64,000 nt of DNA from an uncultured bacterium. GTDB lineage: Bacteria; Actinomycetota; Coriobacteriia; Coriobacteriales; Coriobacteriaceae. The notes beneath the pieces were generated by a model. The model did no database searches. It was not told where the DNA came from and saw nothing but the letters and a program-made list of their open reading frames with translations. The translations under genes and the position numbers were made by a program. The DNA lies in contig CAJMLI010000002.1 in assembly GCA_905214285.1 (NCBI GenBank), forward strand, positions 101,015 through 165,014. The letters are read 5' to 3'. Positions 50,428 through 61,131 of this stretch are shown here, in pieces. Within the stretch, counting starts at the first letter, position 1. Each line of letters opens with the position of its first letter.

Positions 50428-52755
50428 ATGGCGGATTCTCAGATCCATGTCGCGCTGGCGGGTAACCCCAACTGCGGCAAGACCACGCTTTTCAACCTGA
50501 TCACCGGCGCCAACGGCTACGTTGGCAACTGGCCCGGCGTCACGGTTGAGAAAAAGGAGGCCAAGCTCCTAAGCGACAAGAACGTTACCATCACGGACCT
50601 CCCTGGCATCTACTCGCTTTCCCCCTACAGCCCTGAGGAGCAGTGCTCGCGCGATTACCTCATGAGCGGCGAGCCCGATGTCGTCGTCCAGGTGGTCGAC
50701 GCCACCAACCTCGAGCGTAACCTGTACCTGGCGCTTCAGGTTATCGAGACCGGCCTGCCCGTGGTCGTTGCCCTCAACATGGCCGACCTGGTCGAGAAGA
50801 ACGGCGATAAGATCGACACGGACAAGCTCTCCAAGAAGCTCGGTTGTCCGGTCATGATGATCTCGGCCCTTAAGAACAAGGGCATCAAGGAGCTGTTCGA
50901 GCAGGTCAAGAAGTCCGCTGCTTCCAAGGGCCAGGTGCCGGAGCACAAGTTCGATTCCTCCATCGAGGACGTTCTGGACCACATCGAGAACAATCTGCCG
51001 GCGAGCGTTCCCGCCAACAAGCGCCGCTACTACGCTGTCAAGCTGTTCGAGCGCGATGCGGACGCCTGCAAGCTCATCAACCTCACCAAGGAGAAGGCCG
51101 CTCGCGTCGAAGGTCTGGTCGCTCAGTGCGAGCAGGACTGCGACGATGACGCCGAGTCCATCATCACCGGCGAGCGTTACGGCGTGATTGCCCACATCAT
51201 TGACGAGTGCCTCACCAAGGCTCCGGCAAAGATGAGCACCTCCGAGAAGATCGACCGCGTGGTTACCAACCGTATCCTGGGCCTGCCGATCTTTGTGGTC
51301 ATCATGTTCTGCGTGTACTACATCGCCGTTTCTACCTTGGGCGGCACGGTGACCGACTTCACCAACGACCAGCTCTTCGGTACCGACGGTTGGTACGTGC
51401 TCGGTCAGGGCCGCGACGCCTACGACGCGGCCGTCGAGGCTGCGGGCGACAATGCCGACTCGGTCGACCCGGCACAGTACGGCCCCTATGTTCCTGGTAT
51501 TACCACCATGGTCCACGACGCCCTTGTGGCGGGCGGCACCGAGGACGGTGGCCTGGTCGATTCGCTGGTCTGCGACGGCATCGTCGGCGGCCTGGGCGCC
51601 ATCTTCGGCTTTGTCCCGCAGATGTTCCTGCTGTTCGTCATGCTGTCCTTCCTGGAGGACTGCGGCTATATGGCCCGCGTCGCCTTCATCATGGACCGCG
51701 TGTTCCGTCGCTTTGGCCTGTCCGGTAAGTCGTTCATCCCCATGCTCGTATCCTCGGGCTGCGGCGTCCCCGGCGTCATGGCCACCAAGACCATCGAGAA
51801 CGAGAAGGACCGCCGCATGACGGTCATGACCACCACGTTTATTCCCTGTGGCGCTAAGCTGCCGATCATCGCCCTGCTCATGGGTTCCATCATCGGCGAT
51901 TCTTCCACCACCGCCGCGTGGATCAGCCCGCTCTTCTACTTCCTGGGCGTCTTTGCCGTCATCGCTTCGGGCCTCATGCTCAAGAAGACCAAGCTCTTCG
52001 CCGGCCGCCCGACGCCGTTCGTTATGGAGCTTCCCGCCTACCACTTCCCGGCGATCCGCTCTTGGGCGCTGCACGTGTGGGAGCGCTGCTGGGCCTTTAT
52101 CAAGAAGGCCGGCACGGTCATCTTCGCGTCCACCGTCGTTGTTTGGTTCCTGTCCAACTTTGGTAGCTACAACGGCACGTTTGGCTTCCTGCCTGCTATG
52201 GAGGGCATCCCCGAGGAGTTCATGGACTACTCCGTGCTTGCCATGCTGGGCAACCTGGTCGCCTGGATCTTCGCCCCGCTCGGCTTTAGCACCTGGCAGG
52301 CAACTGCGCTGACCGTCTCGGGCCTTGTCGCTAAGGAGAACGTCGTCGCCACCGCCGGTTCGCTGCTGTCCGTCGCCGACGCCGGCGAGACCGACCCGAG
52401 CCTGTGGACCGCGTTCGCCGGCATGTTCCCGACTATGGGCGCTTGCGTTGCCTTTGGTGCGTTCAACCTGCTGTGCGCTCCGTGCTTTGCCGCCATGGGC
52501 ACTATCCGCAACCAGATGGATTCCGGCAAGTGGACCGCCATCGCGATCGGTTACGAGTGCGCCTTTGCTTGGGTCATTGGTCTGTTCATCAACCAGTTCT
52601 ACAACCTGTTCGTTCTTGGACAGTTTGGTATCTGGACGGTTGTGGCCATCGTGCTGCTGGTTGCGATGCTCTTCCAGATCTTCCGTCCCATGCCTAAACA
52701 TGCTTGGACCGACGAGGACGAGACCAACACTGCTTCCGCCGCAGTTTCCGCTTAA
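50428..52755 (+). CDS. feoB: Ferrous iron transporter FeoB
   Basis: N-terminal G-domain (ALAGNPNCGKTTLFN, DLPGIYS) plus a C-terminal multi-TM permease, 775 aa. Confidence 0.9.
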   Translation: MADSQIHVALAGNPNCGKTTLFNLITGANGYVGNWPGVTVEKKEAKLLSDKNVTITDLPGIYSLSPYSPEEQCSRDYLMSGEPDVVVQVVDATNLERNLYLALQVIETGLPVVVALNMADLVEKNGDKIDTDKLSKKLGCPVMMISALKNKGIKELFEQVKKSAASKGQVPEHKFDSSIEDVLDHIENNLPASVPANKRRYYAVKLFERDADACKLINLTKEKAARVEGLVAQCEQDCDDDAESIITGERYGVIAHIIDECLTKAPAKMSTSEKIDRVVTNRILGLPIFVVIMFCVYYIAVSTLGGTVTDFTNDQLFGTDGWYVLGQGRDAYDAAVEAAGDNADSVDPAQYGPYVPGITTMVHDALVAGGTEDGGLVDSLVCDGIVGGLGAIFGFVPQMFLLFVMLSFLEDCGYMARVAFIMDRVFRRFGLSGKSFIPMLVSSGCGVPGVMATKTIENEKDRRMTVMTTTFIPCGAKLPIIALLMGSIIGDSSTTAAWISPLFYFLGVFAVIASGLMLKKTKLFAGRPTPFVMELPAYHFPAIRSWALHVWERCWAFIKKAGTVIFASTVVVWFLSNFGSYNGTFGFLPAMEGIPEEFMDYSVLAMLGNLVAWIFAPLGFSTWQATALTVSGLVAKENVVATAGSLLSVADAGETDPSLWTAFAGMFPTMGACVAFGAFNLLCAPCFAAMGTIRNQMDSGKWTAIAIGYECAFAWVIGLFINQFYNLFVLGQFGIWTVVAIVLLVAMLFQIFRPMPKHAWTDEDETNTASAAVSA

Positions 52756-52783
52756 GTCCGAATAAGGATTAGCCCCTTTCCAT

Positions 52784-52817
52784 GAGCCCGGGTGTCCCAG
52801 CGACACTCGGGCTTTTT
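52784..52817 (+). terminator. Terminator after feoB
   Basis: agcccgggtgtc ccagc gacactcgggct + TTTTT. Confidence 0.6.
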
Positions 52818-52883
52818 GGTGCAATGGGGGACAGATTGCTTTGCTCCAGAAGTAAGATGTGGCGTTTCCGCAGATAAAACCGA

Positions 52884-52918
52884 CCAAAACAAACCTGTCC
52901 CTTTTTGGCAGGTGGAAG
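52884..52918. repeat. Third copy of the ~38-nt arm motif (gataaaaccgaccaaaacaaacctgtccctttttggcagg) seen at 4001-4155
   Basis: Only 2-3 mismatches to the arm at 4115-4153. Confidence 0.6.
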
Positions 52919-52959
52919 ATGGGGTAAAGTAAGTGGTGGTTAACTAGAGGAGGCTTACT

Positions 52960-53160
52960 ATGGCACCTATCGATATTGTTGTGTTGGCTGTTATCGGCAT
53001 TGCGTTTGTCGCCGTGTGCGTGCGTATCTACCGAAAGGGCACCTGCGCCGACTGCGCCCAGGGTGGCGTTTGTACGGGGCATTGCTCCAACAAAAAGACC
53101 TGCGCCGCACTTAAGGGCGTAGACAAAATCGCCGAAGACTTGGGCCGCGGTATCAAATAA
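52960..53160 (+). CDS. FeoB-associated Cys-rich small membrane protein
   Basis: One TM plus CADCAQGGVCTGHCS Cys motif. GGAGG RBS. Confidence 0.7.
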   Translation: MAPIDIVVLAVIGIAFVAVCVRIYRKGTCADCAQGGVCTGHCSNKKTCAALKGVDKIAEDLGRGIK

Positions 53161-53316
53161 AGGTCCAGGCACCCAAGCGCCTCGCGAGCATCCGTTCGCG
53201 GGGCGCTTTGCACATTTGGGGGAGAGTGTGGCGAGTTGAAGAGTATTTTTGGGTATCGCTAACTATGTGGTCAACGGCCCGCTCACCGTGGTCCATGCCG
53301 TAGCGAGCGCCAATCT

Positions 53317-53450
53317 CGCCGTCGAAGGCATGACCAACTACCTGGGCCTCTAACTCCATCCCGCCCATCAGTTGCGGTGAAATACAGACTGTTTTGGCCG
53401 TCAAAGGCCTTATCTACTCCGTATTCCACCGCAACTTTTTTGTGGGGTGG
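53317..53450 (+). repeat. About 130-bp repeat family, copy A: ends in a 15-bp-stem hairpin (gttgcggtgaaatac ... gtattccaccgcaac) with a ~35-nt structured loop and a T-run
   Basis: About 88% identical to 61737-61870. Confidence 0.75.
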
Positions 53451-53451
53451 G

Positions 53452-54156
53452 CTAGAGACGCTGCATGCGGTACCCGACACCCATGTGCGTCTGAATCATC
53501 TTGGGGTGAGAGGGGTCTGCCTCGATCTTCTTGCGCAGGGTGCGCATGAACACGCGCAGGCTCGCCAGATCGCTGTCCCAGCTCGTGCCCCATATCTCGC
53601 GGGTGATGAAGGTGTGGGTGAGCACCTTGTCGACGTTTTTCGCCAGAAGGACGAGCAATTTGTACTCGGTTGGGGTGAGCGAGAGCTCGCGTCCGTCTTT
53701 CGTCGCGTATCCCGCGGCGTAGTCGATATGCAGCGGACCGTTGTCGAACGTGCTCGCTTCTGTCGATTCGCTTGACGCCATCGAGGAGCGCCTCAAATTC
53801 GCACGGACGCGCGCGAGCAACTCATCCACAGAAAAGGGCTTGGTGAGGTAGTCGTCTGCCCCTGCGTCAAGTGCTGCAATCTTGTCGGAATCTTCGGTGC
53901 GCGCCGAAATGACGATAATGGGGACTGCCGACCAGCTTCGGATCTTCGTGATGACCTCGATACCGTCAATGTCGGGAAGGCCGAGGTCGAGCATGATGAG
54001 GCTGGGGCCGTGCGACACCGCATCCATGATGGCGGCCTGGCCGTTGCAAACCTTGCTCACGACATAGCCGTGGAGGTCAAGCGCGGTCGAAACGAGGTTT
54101 TGAACGGTCAGGTCATCTTCGACCAGGAGGATGCGTGGCTTAGCGGCATTATTCAT
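53452..54156 (-). CDS. kdpE: KDP operon response regulator KdpE
   Basis: OmpR-family response regulator (ILLVEDDLTVQ, LDLGLPDIDG, winged helix). Start at internal ATG 54156; the ORF upstream of it is read-through into kdpD. Confidence 0.85.
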   Translation of the reverse strand: MNNAAKPRILLVEDDLTVQNLVSTALDLHGYVVSKVCNGQAAIMDAVSHGPSLIMLDLGLPDIDGIEVITKIRSWSAVPIIVISARTEDSDKIAALDAGADDYLTKPFSVDELLARVRANLRRSSMASSESTEASTFDNGPLHIDYAAGYATKDGRELSLTPTEYKLLVLLAKNVDKVLTHTFITREIWGTSWDSDLASLRVFMRTLRKKIEADPSHPKMIQTHMGVGYRMQRL

Positions 54157-56884
54157 GAATCTCGATCTCCTCGGCGGGCAGGGTAAAACGGAAGACGGCC
54201 CCATGGGGGTGGTTGTCGCGAGCTTCGATGACGCCGCCATGCGCCTCCACGATGGAGCGGCAGAGCGACAGCCCAAGGCCGATGCTTCGACGCGAATCCA
54301 CGGGCCGCGTATTGCGTGAGGTGAAGAAGCGCTCAAAGATATGAGGCTTGTCGCAGTCTGCCACACCCGGCCCATCGTCTGCGACGTCCACCACGACGAA
54401 CGCACCCTCGCGACGTGCGCTGATGGTGACAGTCGAGTCCTCGGGCGTGTATTTGAAGGCGTTCATGATGAGATTCGTAAGCACCTGCATGATGAGATGG
54501 ACGTCGATGCGTACCAGCAGGATGTCGTCAGTGTGCTCGATGGTGACGGTACGTCCATGCGATGCTTGGGCGACATGGCTGAGGGCGGCCTCGATGACCT
54601 CGTCGATGAGCTCGGATGTGAAGTTGAGGCAAATGGTGCCATCCTCGACGCGTGTGATGGCGAGGAGGTTCTCCACGGTATCGATAAGCCAGAGGGAGTC
54701 GTCGTAGATGGCATCGGCAAGATCGCAGCGTTGTTCGAGGCTGAGCTTCTCGTCGCTCTTCCGAAGGATTGCCGCAGATCCGGATATAGCCGTGAGTGGT
54801 GTCCTCAAATCGTGGCCGATGGAGCGCAAAAGGTTGGCGCGCAGCTGCTCGTTTTTCGCCAAGACCGCAGCCTCTTCGCGCTCTTGCGCCGCCCGGTCGC
54901 TTTCGAGCGCCAAGGCGCATTCGCCTACGATAGATAGGACGATCGAATGCTCGAAGGCTTCGATCTCGCGCCCCTCCAGGTCGATGCCGATGACACCGAA
55001 TACCTTGTCGCCGGTGCGAACCGCGAGGTAGAGGCAGCGCGCCTCGGGCAGGGTCCGCGTGCTTGCGCCCGCGCGTTTGTTGTTGGTGTAGGTCCAGGTT
55101 GCAACAGCGCGCTCGTAGTCGGTGAGCAGCGACGCGGATCGGTTTTCGGTGCCAGCGGACTCATAGAGCGTCTTGCCGAGCGTGCCGTGTTCGGCGGTGT
55201 AGAAGACCACGTCGAGTTTTAGCAGTTTGATGAGTTGGTTCATGGCGACGCGGGCACACTCCTCCGCGCTATGGGCTTGCTGCAAGAGCTGGTTCGTTTC
55301 GAGGAGTACGCGCGTTTTGAATGCGTTCTCGGCGGAGGTACGGGCGTTGTCGGCGATGCGCGCAGTTAACTCGCCGGCGACCATAGCGGTAGCGAACATG
55401 ATGCCGAACGTGACCAGATAGCTTCGGTCGTAGCTGGCGAGCGAAAACAGAGGCGTTACGAAGCAGAAGTTGTAAAGCACTACAGAGAGCACGCTCGATA
55501 CGATCGTGCAGATACGCCCCGTCGTGGTGACGGCGGTCAGCAGGGCCGTGAGGATATAGAGGGATATGATGCTGGAATCGGCAAATCCCAGATGGCGGAA
55601 AGCCGTGCCGATCGCTGTGGCGACAAGAGAGAGGGCCAACGTGCGAAGCACGTTTCGGCTGCTGGGCGGCTGCAGGGCGAGCGCATGGCGGCGTCCTTTG
55701 GGTCGGGAGGGCGGAGTCGACTGGTCTGGAATGATGTAAATGTCGAGGTTCGGGGCGAATGTTATGAGCTGTTCTACGAGAGATTTGCGGCCAAAGAGGG
55801 CCTGACGGACGCTGCTGTGCTCGCCCGTGCGCCCCATGACGATCTTCGAAATACCCGACAGGCGTGCGAACTCGGAGATCTGAAACGCGACGTCGTCGCC
55901 ATAGACGGTTTCCATATGTGCTCCGAGCTGCTCGGCTAGGGCGATATTGTCTGCAAGCTTGGCGCGCTCATCATCGCTCATGGCTTGCGTGCGCGGGCTC
56001 TCTACGAACAGGGCGACGAGCTCGCTGCGAAACGCTTTCGCCATGCGTGCGGCGGCACGGACGATGCGGGGATTGGTCGGCGCCGGGGAGACACAGACTA
56101 AGATACGCTCCCTGGTGTAGTAGTCACGGTTTCCCAGCACGCGTGCGGCGTCTGTGAGGTGGCCGGTGCGATCGGCGCAGCGGCGCAGCGCGATTTCTCG
56201 GAGTGCGGTGAGGTTCTCGACGGTAAAAAAATGCTGTTGCGCTCGCTCGGCTTGTGCGGGACGGTAGACGAGGCCGGCGCGAAGGCGCTCAAGTAGGTCT
56301 TCGGGCTCTATGTCAACGAGCTCGACCTGGTCGGCATCATCGAAGATGCGGTCGGGGATTCGTTCGCTCACGACAACGCCGGTGATGGATGCAACCATGT
56401 CGTTTAGGCTCTCGATATGCTGAACGTTCACAGTCGTATAGACGTCGATGCCTGCATGTAGAAGTTCCTCGACGTCTTGATAACGTTTGTCGTGGCGAGA
56501 CCCCGGCGCATTCGTATGGGCGAGCTCGTCGACAAGGATGAGCTGAGGGGCGCGTTCGATAGCCGCATCTAGATCGAACTCGCTGAGCGCAATGCCGTTG
56601 TGCTCAGCGAGTTTACAGGGCACGTTCTCAAGCCCTTGTGCAAGATGGGCAGTTGCCGGACGTTCGTGCGGCTCGATGTATCCCGCGACGACGTCGACAC
56701 CTCGCCGCTTGGCGGCGTGGGCGGCTTGAAGCATCGCATAGGTTTTGCCTGCACCAGCAGCGTAGCCAAAGAAAATCTTGAGGTGTCCCCGGCTGGTTCG
56801 AGCGTCATCGGCGGCCTCGTCTTTCTCAATTGCCTTGAGGATGAGGTCTGGATTGACGCGAGTGTCCGATGCGTCGCGCTGCAT
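54149..56884 (-). CDS. kdpD: Sensor histidine kinase KdpD
   Basis: N-terminal KdpD domain (IFFGYAAGAGKTYAML), Usp domain, 4 TM segments, GAF, HisKA (IGHDLRTPLTAISG), HATPase. ATG 56884 with GAAAGG RBS. Confidence 0.85.
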   Translation of the reverse strand: MQRDASDTRVNPDLILKAIEKDEAADDARTSRGHLKIFFGYAAGAGKTYAMLQAAHAAKRRGVDVVAGYIEPHERPATAHLAQGLENVPCKLAEHNGIALSEFDLDAAIERAPQLILVDELAHTNAPGSRHDKRYQDVEELLHAGIDVYTTVNVQHIESLNDMVASITGVVVSERIPDRIFDDADQVELVDIEPEDLLERLRAGLVYRPAQAERAQQHFFTVENLTALREIALRRCADRTGHLTDAARVLGNRDYYTRERILVCVSPAPTNPRIVRAAARMAKAFRSELVALFVESPRTQAMSDDERAKLADNIALAEQLGAHMETVYGDDVAFQISEFARLSGISKIVMGRTGEHSSVRQALFGRKSLVEQLITFAPNLDIYIIPDQSTPPSRPKGRRHALALQPPSSRNVLRTLALSLVATAIGTAFRHLGFADSSIISLYILTALLTAVTTTGRICTIVSSVLSVVLYNFCFVTPLFSLASYDRSYLVTFGIMFATAMVAGELTARIADNARTSAENAFKTRVLLETNQLLQQAHSAEECARVAMNQLIKLLKLDVVFYTAEHGTLGKTLYESAGTENRSASLLTDYERAVATWTYTNNKRAGASTRTLPEARCLYLAVRTGDKVFGVIGIDLEGREIEAFEHSIVLSIVGECALALESDRAAQEREEAAVLAKNEQLRANLLRSIGHDLRTPLTAISGSAAILRKSDEKLSLEQRCDLADAIYDDSLWLIDTVENLLAITRVEDGTICLNFTSELIDEVIEAALSHVAQASHGRTVTIEHTDDILLVRIDVHLIMQVLTNLIMNAFKYTPEDSTVTISARREGAFVVVDVADDGPGVADCDKPHIFERFFTSRNTRPVDSRRSIGLGLSLCRSIVEAHGGVIEARDNHPHGAVFRFTLPAEEIEIHE

Positions 56885-57128
56885 AGCGTAGCCTTTCTGA
56901 AACGTTGCCCATGCGTGCATACGCGGTGAGGACGCCACTGTATGCTCGCGAGGTCGAGTATAGGCGCACTGCAGCCGCAATAGTGCTTTCTACCTGCATC
57001 TTTACGGCATCTTAAGGTCGTGAGCCCCGGCCCTCACGCCTCTTTAATCTCTAGAAGCGTTTACTGTCCCCAGGCGCTTGCGAGAGCAGGCGTCCGAGAC
57101 ATCGGACCGCGCGTGAAAGGGGCGGTAA

Positions 57129-57215
57129 ATGAACATCCTCATTCCCATCATCGGAGTCGTCTGCATTGGACTCCTTATCTATTACATCTACATTCTGATG
57201 AGGAGTGATTCGTAA
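57129..57215 (+). CDS. kdpF: KdpF (28-aa hydrophobic subunit of the Kdp ATPase)
   Basis: Hand-translated MNILIPIIGVVCIGLLIYYIYILMRSDS. GAAAGGGG RBS. It lies 3 nt upstream of kdpA and is absent from the ORF track because of its size. Confidence 0.6.
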   Translation: MNILIPIIGVVCIGLLIYYIYILMRSDS

Positions 57216-57218
57216 ACT

Positions 57219-59042
57219 ATGGACGCTGCGATTCAGTACATCTTGTACTTTGCCGTGCTCGTCGTCCTGGCCGTTCCGCTCGGTCGGTTCATGGCCCATA
57301 TCATGGATGGTGAGCATACGTTCCTGTCGCCTGTGATTGCTCCTGTGGAGCGTGGCGTCTATCGTCTGCTTCGCATCGACGCGGCAGAGCAGATGGGGTG
57401 TAGGCGCTACCTGGCGAGCGTGCTGGTCTTTTCGGGGATCGGCCTCGTGGTCCTTGTGGCACTTCAAGCGCTTCAGTCCTTCTTGCCAGGCAATCCCCAG
57501 CACCTGCCGGGTGTGCCATGGGACCTGTCGTTCAATACGGCTGCTTCCTTCATAACCAACACCAACTGGCAGTCCTACTCCGGCGAGACCACCCTGTCCT
57601 ACCTTGTGCAGTTCATGGGTCTCACCGTGCAGAACTTCGTTTCCGCTGGCACCGGTATCGCGGTCATGTTCGCGCTGATTCGTGGCTTCCGTCAGGTCAA
57701 GGAGCAGAGCTTGGGTTCCTTCTGGGTCGACCTCACCCGCACCGTCCTGTATGTGCTCATCCCGCTGAACCTCGTGTTCGGCATCTGCCTGGCTGCCGGT
57801 GGCGTCATCTCCAACTTCCAGCCGGCTCAGAAGGCTGAGCTCGTAGAGCCCGTCGCCGTCCAGCCTAATGCAGACGGCGGCTGGAGCGTCCTCGACGGCG
57901 CCCAGATCGAGGGCGACACGGTCAAGGTCGACGGCAAGGTTGTCGAGGGCGCGCGCGTGGTCACCGAGCAGTTCCTGCCCCAGGGTCCTGCGGCTCCTCA
58001 GGTCGCCATCAAGCAGTCCGGAACCAACGGCGGCGGCTTCTTCGGCGTGAACTCCGCCCATCCGTATGAGAACCCCAGTGCCTTCACCAACATCATCGAG
58101 ATGACCAGCCTGCTGCTGATCCCGGCTGCCTGCTGCTTCACCTTCGGTATCGGCGTCAAGAACACCAAGCAGGGCAAGGCCATCTTTGCCGCCATGTTCA
58201 TCCTGCTGGTGATCTTCACCGGCATCATCGCCGTCAACGAGCATGCGGGCACCCCGCAGCTGGCCGATGGCGGAGCGGTCAATATCGAGATGACCGACGG
58301 CCAAGCCGGCGGCAACATGGAGGGCAAGGAGAGCCGCTTCGGTATCGTCACCTCCTCCACGTGGTCGGCTTACACCACCGCCGCTTCCAACGGCTCGGTT
58401 AACTCCATGCACGACTCCTACACCCCGCTGGGCGGTTTTGTCCAGATGCTCCAGATGGCTCTGGGCGAGGTTGTCTTCGGCGGCGTGGGCTGCGGCCTGT
58501 ACGGCATGATCGGCTTCGCCATCCTCACAGTGTTCATCGCCGGCCTTATGGTCGGCCGCACGCCCGAGTTCCTGGGCAAGAAGATCGAGCCGGGCGAGAT
58601 GCGCTGGGCAGTTGTCCTGTGCCTGGCAACTCCGTTTGCCATTCTGGTGTGCTCGGCCATCGCCTGCATGGTGCCCGGTCTTGCCGACCAGCTCAACAAT
58701 GGTGGCGCGCACGGCTTCTCCGAGGTGCTGTATGCCTTCACCTCATGCGGCGGCAACAACGGCTCGGCGTTTGCAGGTATGAACTGCAACATTCCCTGGA
58801 TCAACGTCATGCTCGGCCTCGAGATGCTGTTCGCCCGCTTCATGCCCATCATCGGTACGCTGGCTATCGCCGGCTCGCTGGCCAAGAAGGGTAAGGTCGC
58901 CGAGAGCGCCGGTACCCTGTCTACCACCAACGGCATGTTCGTATTCCTGCTCGTGTTCATCGTTCTGCTGATCGGTGCCCTGAGCTTCTTCCCGGCCCTG
59001 GCGCTTGGCCCCGTTGCCGAGTTCTTCCAGATGATTGCGTAA
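57219..59042 (+). CDS. kdpA: Potassium-transporting ATPase subunit KdpA
   Basis: [26 protein letters not shown]; 607 aa, multi-TM. Confidence 0.9.
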   Translation: MDAAIQYILYFAVLVVLAVPLGRFMAHIMDGEHTFLSPVIAPVERGVYRLLRIDAAEQMGCRRYLASVLVFSGIGLVVLVALQALQSFLPGNPQHLPGVPWDLSFNTAASFITNTNWQSYSGETTLSYLVQFMGLTVQNFVSAGTGIAVMFALIRGFRQVKEQSLGSFWVDLTRTVLYVLIPLNLVFGICLAAGGVISNFQPAQKAELVEPVAVQPNADGGWSVLDGAQIEGDTVKVDGKVVEGARVVTEQFLPQGPAAPQVAIKQSGTNGGGFFGVNSAHPYENPSAFTNIIEMTSLLLIPAACCFTFGIGVKNTKQGKAIFAAMFILLVIFTGIIAVNEHAGTPQLADGGAVNIEMTDGQAGGNMEGKESRFGIVTSSTWSAYTTAASNGSVNSMHDSYTPLGGFVQMLQMALGEVVFGGVGCGLYGMIGFAILTVFIAGLMVGRTPEFLGKKIEPGEMRWAVVLCLATPFAILVCSAIACMVPGLADQLNNGGAHGFSEVLYAFTSCGGNNGSAFAGMNCNIPWINVMLGLEMLFARFMPIIGTLAIAGSLAKKGKVAESAGTLSTTNGMFVFLLVFIVLLIGALSFFPALALGPVAEFFQMIA

Positions 59043-59058
59043 AGGAGGGCGCAGATTT

Positions 59059-61119
59059 ATGACTATGCAAAAAGACATGATGGGCCGCGCGGTCCGCGAC
59101 TCGTTTGCCAAGCTGGACCCTCGCGTCCAGATTCAAAACCCGGTCATGTTCCTGGTGTGGCTTTCAGCCGTCATGACCTCCGTCCTGGTCGTCGCTTCCA
59201 TCTTCGGTGTGCGGGACGCGGGTGTGCCCACCTACTATGTGGTCGCCATCGCGGTCATCCTGTGGCTCACCGACCTGTTCTCGAACTTCGCCGAGGCGCT
59301 TGCCGAGGGCCGCGGTAAGGCTCAGGCTGATTCTCTGCGTGCGGCCAAGAAGGATGTCGAGGCCCATCGCATCGAGTCCGTTGAGGACAAGGAGCACTTC
59401 ACCGTCGTTCCCGGCACCGAGCTCACGCGCGGCGACCTGGTGATCGTACGCGCCGGCGAGCAGATTCCCGGCGACGGCGACGTCATCGAGGGCGCTGCCT
59501 CCGTTGACGAGTCCGCCATCACCGGCGAGTCCGCCCCCGTGGTCCGCGAGGCCGGCGGCGACCGCTCTGCCGTTACCGGCGGTACCACGGTGCTGTCCGA
59601 CTGGATCATCGTCAAGATCTCCAGTGAGCCCGGCCAGAGCTTCCTGGACAAGATGATCGCGATGGTCGAGGGTGCCGCGCGCAAGAAGACCCCTAACGAG
59701 ATCGCTCTGGAGATCTTCCTGGTGGCCCTTTCCATCGTCTTTATTCTGGTCACGCTGGCCCTGTATTGTTACTCCTGCTTCTCGGTCGGTCTTAACGACA
59801 TGGTCAACCCCACGGCCGTGACCACGCTCGTGGCGCTGCTCGTGTGCCTGGCTCCCACTACCATCGGCGCCCTTCTGTCCGCCATCGGCATCGCCGGCAT
59901 GAGCCGTCTGAACGAGGCCAACGTGCTGGCCATGTCCGGCCGCGCCATCGAGGCCGCCGGCGACGTCGACATCCTCATGCTCGACAAGACCGGCACCATC
60001 ACCCTGGGTAACCGCCAAGCCGCCGAGTTCATCCCGGTCGACGGCGTCGATCCCGCGGAGCTGGCCGATGCCGCCCAGCTTTCCTCGCTGGCCGACGAGA
60101 CCCCCGAGGGCCGTTCCATCGTCGTGCTCGCCAAGGAGCAGTTCGGTCTGCGCGGCCGCACGCTCGAGGATAAGGGCATGGAGTTCATCCCGTTCACCGC
60201 GGCAACGCGTATGTCCGGCGTGAACTACGAGGGCAATGAGATCCGCAAGGGCGCTGCCGATTCCGTGCGCACCTATCTGGAGGCAGCCGGCGGCGTGTTC
60301 TCCCAGGAGTGCGAAGAGGCCGTCGAACGCATCGCCAAGGCCGGCGGCACCCCGCTGGTCGTGACCAAGAACTGCCGCGTGCTGGGCGTTGTGTACCTCA
60401 AGGACATCATCAAGTCCGGCGTTAAGGAGAAGTTCGCCGACCTGCGCAAGATGGGCATCAAGACCATCATGGTGACGGGCGACAATCCGCTCACCGCCGC
60501 GGCAATCGCCGCCGAGGCCGGCGTTGACGACTTCCTGGCCGAGGCCACCCCTGAAGGCAAACTCGAGAAGATCCGCGAGTTCCAGCGTGAGGGTCACCTG
60601 GTCGCCATGACCGGCGACGGCACCAACGACGCGCCCGCTCTGGCCCAGGCCGACGTCGCCGTGGCCATGAACACGGGCACCCAGGCTGCCAAGGAGGCCG
60701 GCAACATGGTCGACCTCGACTCCAGCCCCACCAAGCTCATCGAGGTCGTGCGTATTGGCAAGCAGCTGCTCATGACCCGCGGCTCGCTCACGACCTTCTC
60801 GGTGGCCAACGACGTGGCGAAGTACTTCGCTATCATCCCGGCCCTGTTCTCGCCGATCTATTCGGGACTGGGCGCCCTCAACATCCTGAGCCTCACCAAC
60901 CCGTTGACGGCCGTGCTGTCCGCCATCATCTACAACGCGCTGGTCATCGTCGCGCTAATTCCGGCGGCTCTCAAGGGCGTCAAGTACCGCGAGGTTCCAT
61001 CCGGCCAGCTGTTGACCCATAACCTGCTGGTGTGGGGTCTGGGCGGCATCGTGGCGCCGTTCGTATTCATCAAGATTATCGACATGCTGCTGGCCTTGTT
61101 CGGCATTGGCATGATGTAG
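59059..61119 (+). CDS. kdpB: Potassium-transporting ATPase subunit KdpB (P-type ATPase)
   Basis: DKTGTIT phosphorylation motif, [27 protein letters not shown] before ATG 59059. Confidence 0.9.
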   Translation: MTMQKDMMGRAVRDSFAKLDPRVQIQNPVMFLVWLSAVMTSVLVVASIFGVRDAGVPTYYVVAIAVILWLTDLFSNFAEALAEGRGKAQADSLRAAKKDVEAHRIESVEDKEHFTVVPGTELTRGDLVIVRAGEQIPGDGDVIEGAASVDESAITGESAPVVREAGGDRSAVTGGTTVLSDWIIVKISSEPGQSFLDKMIAMVEGAARKKTPNEIALEIFLVALSIVFILVTLALYCYSCFSVGLNDMVNPTAVTTLVALLVCLAPTTIGALLSAIGIAGMSRLNEANVLAMSGRAIEAAGDVDILMLDKTGTITLGNRQAAEFIPVDGVDPAELADAAQLSSLADETPEGRSIVVLAKEQFGLRGRTLEDKGMEFIPFTAATRMSGVNYEGNEIRKGAADSVRTYLEAAGGVFSQECEEAVERIAKAGGTPLVVTKNCRVLGVVYLKDIIKSGVKEKFADLRKMGIKTIMVTGDNPLTAAAIAAEAGVDDFLAEATPEGKLEKIREFQREGHLVAMTGDGTNDAPALAQADVAVAMNTGTQAAKEAGNMVDLDSSPTKLIEVVRIGKQLLMTRGSLTTFSVANDVAKYFAIIPALFSPIYSGLGALNILSLTNPLTAVLSAIIYNALVIVALIPAALKGVKYREVPSGQLLTHNLLVWGLGGIVAPFVFIKIIDMLLALFGIGMM

Positions 61120-61131
61120 ACGGAGGTTTGT

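Noticed and set aside
50569-53172. 867-aa minus-strand ORF opposite feoB
   Set aside because: Antisense to feoB. GC artefact. The same reasoning applies to 25309..27219, 57051..58712, 59164..60597, 62058..63185, 32662..34017, 34743..36002, 14... and other long minus-strand ORFs overlapping confident plus-strand genes.
53153-53480. Small minus-strand ORFs (83 and 65 aa) and plus-strand ORF 53377..53775 between feoC and kdpE
   Set aside because: They lie inside the 130-bp repeat or are antisense to kdpE. Their similarity to ORFs at 60930..61845 is explained by the DNA repeat itself, not by conserved proteins.
56885-57128. c-di-AMP (ydaO/kimA-type) riboswitch upstream of kdpFABC
   Set aside because: Kdp operons in Gram-positives are sometimes controlled by this riboswitch, but I could not recognise its conserved cores in this 244-nt divergent promoter region. 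Left as an open check (Infernal, RF00379).
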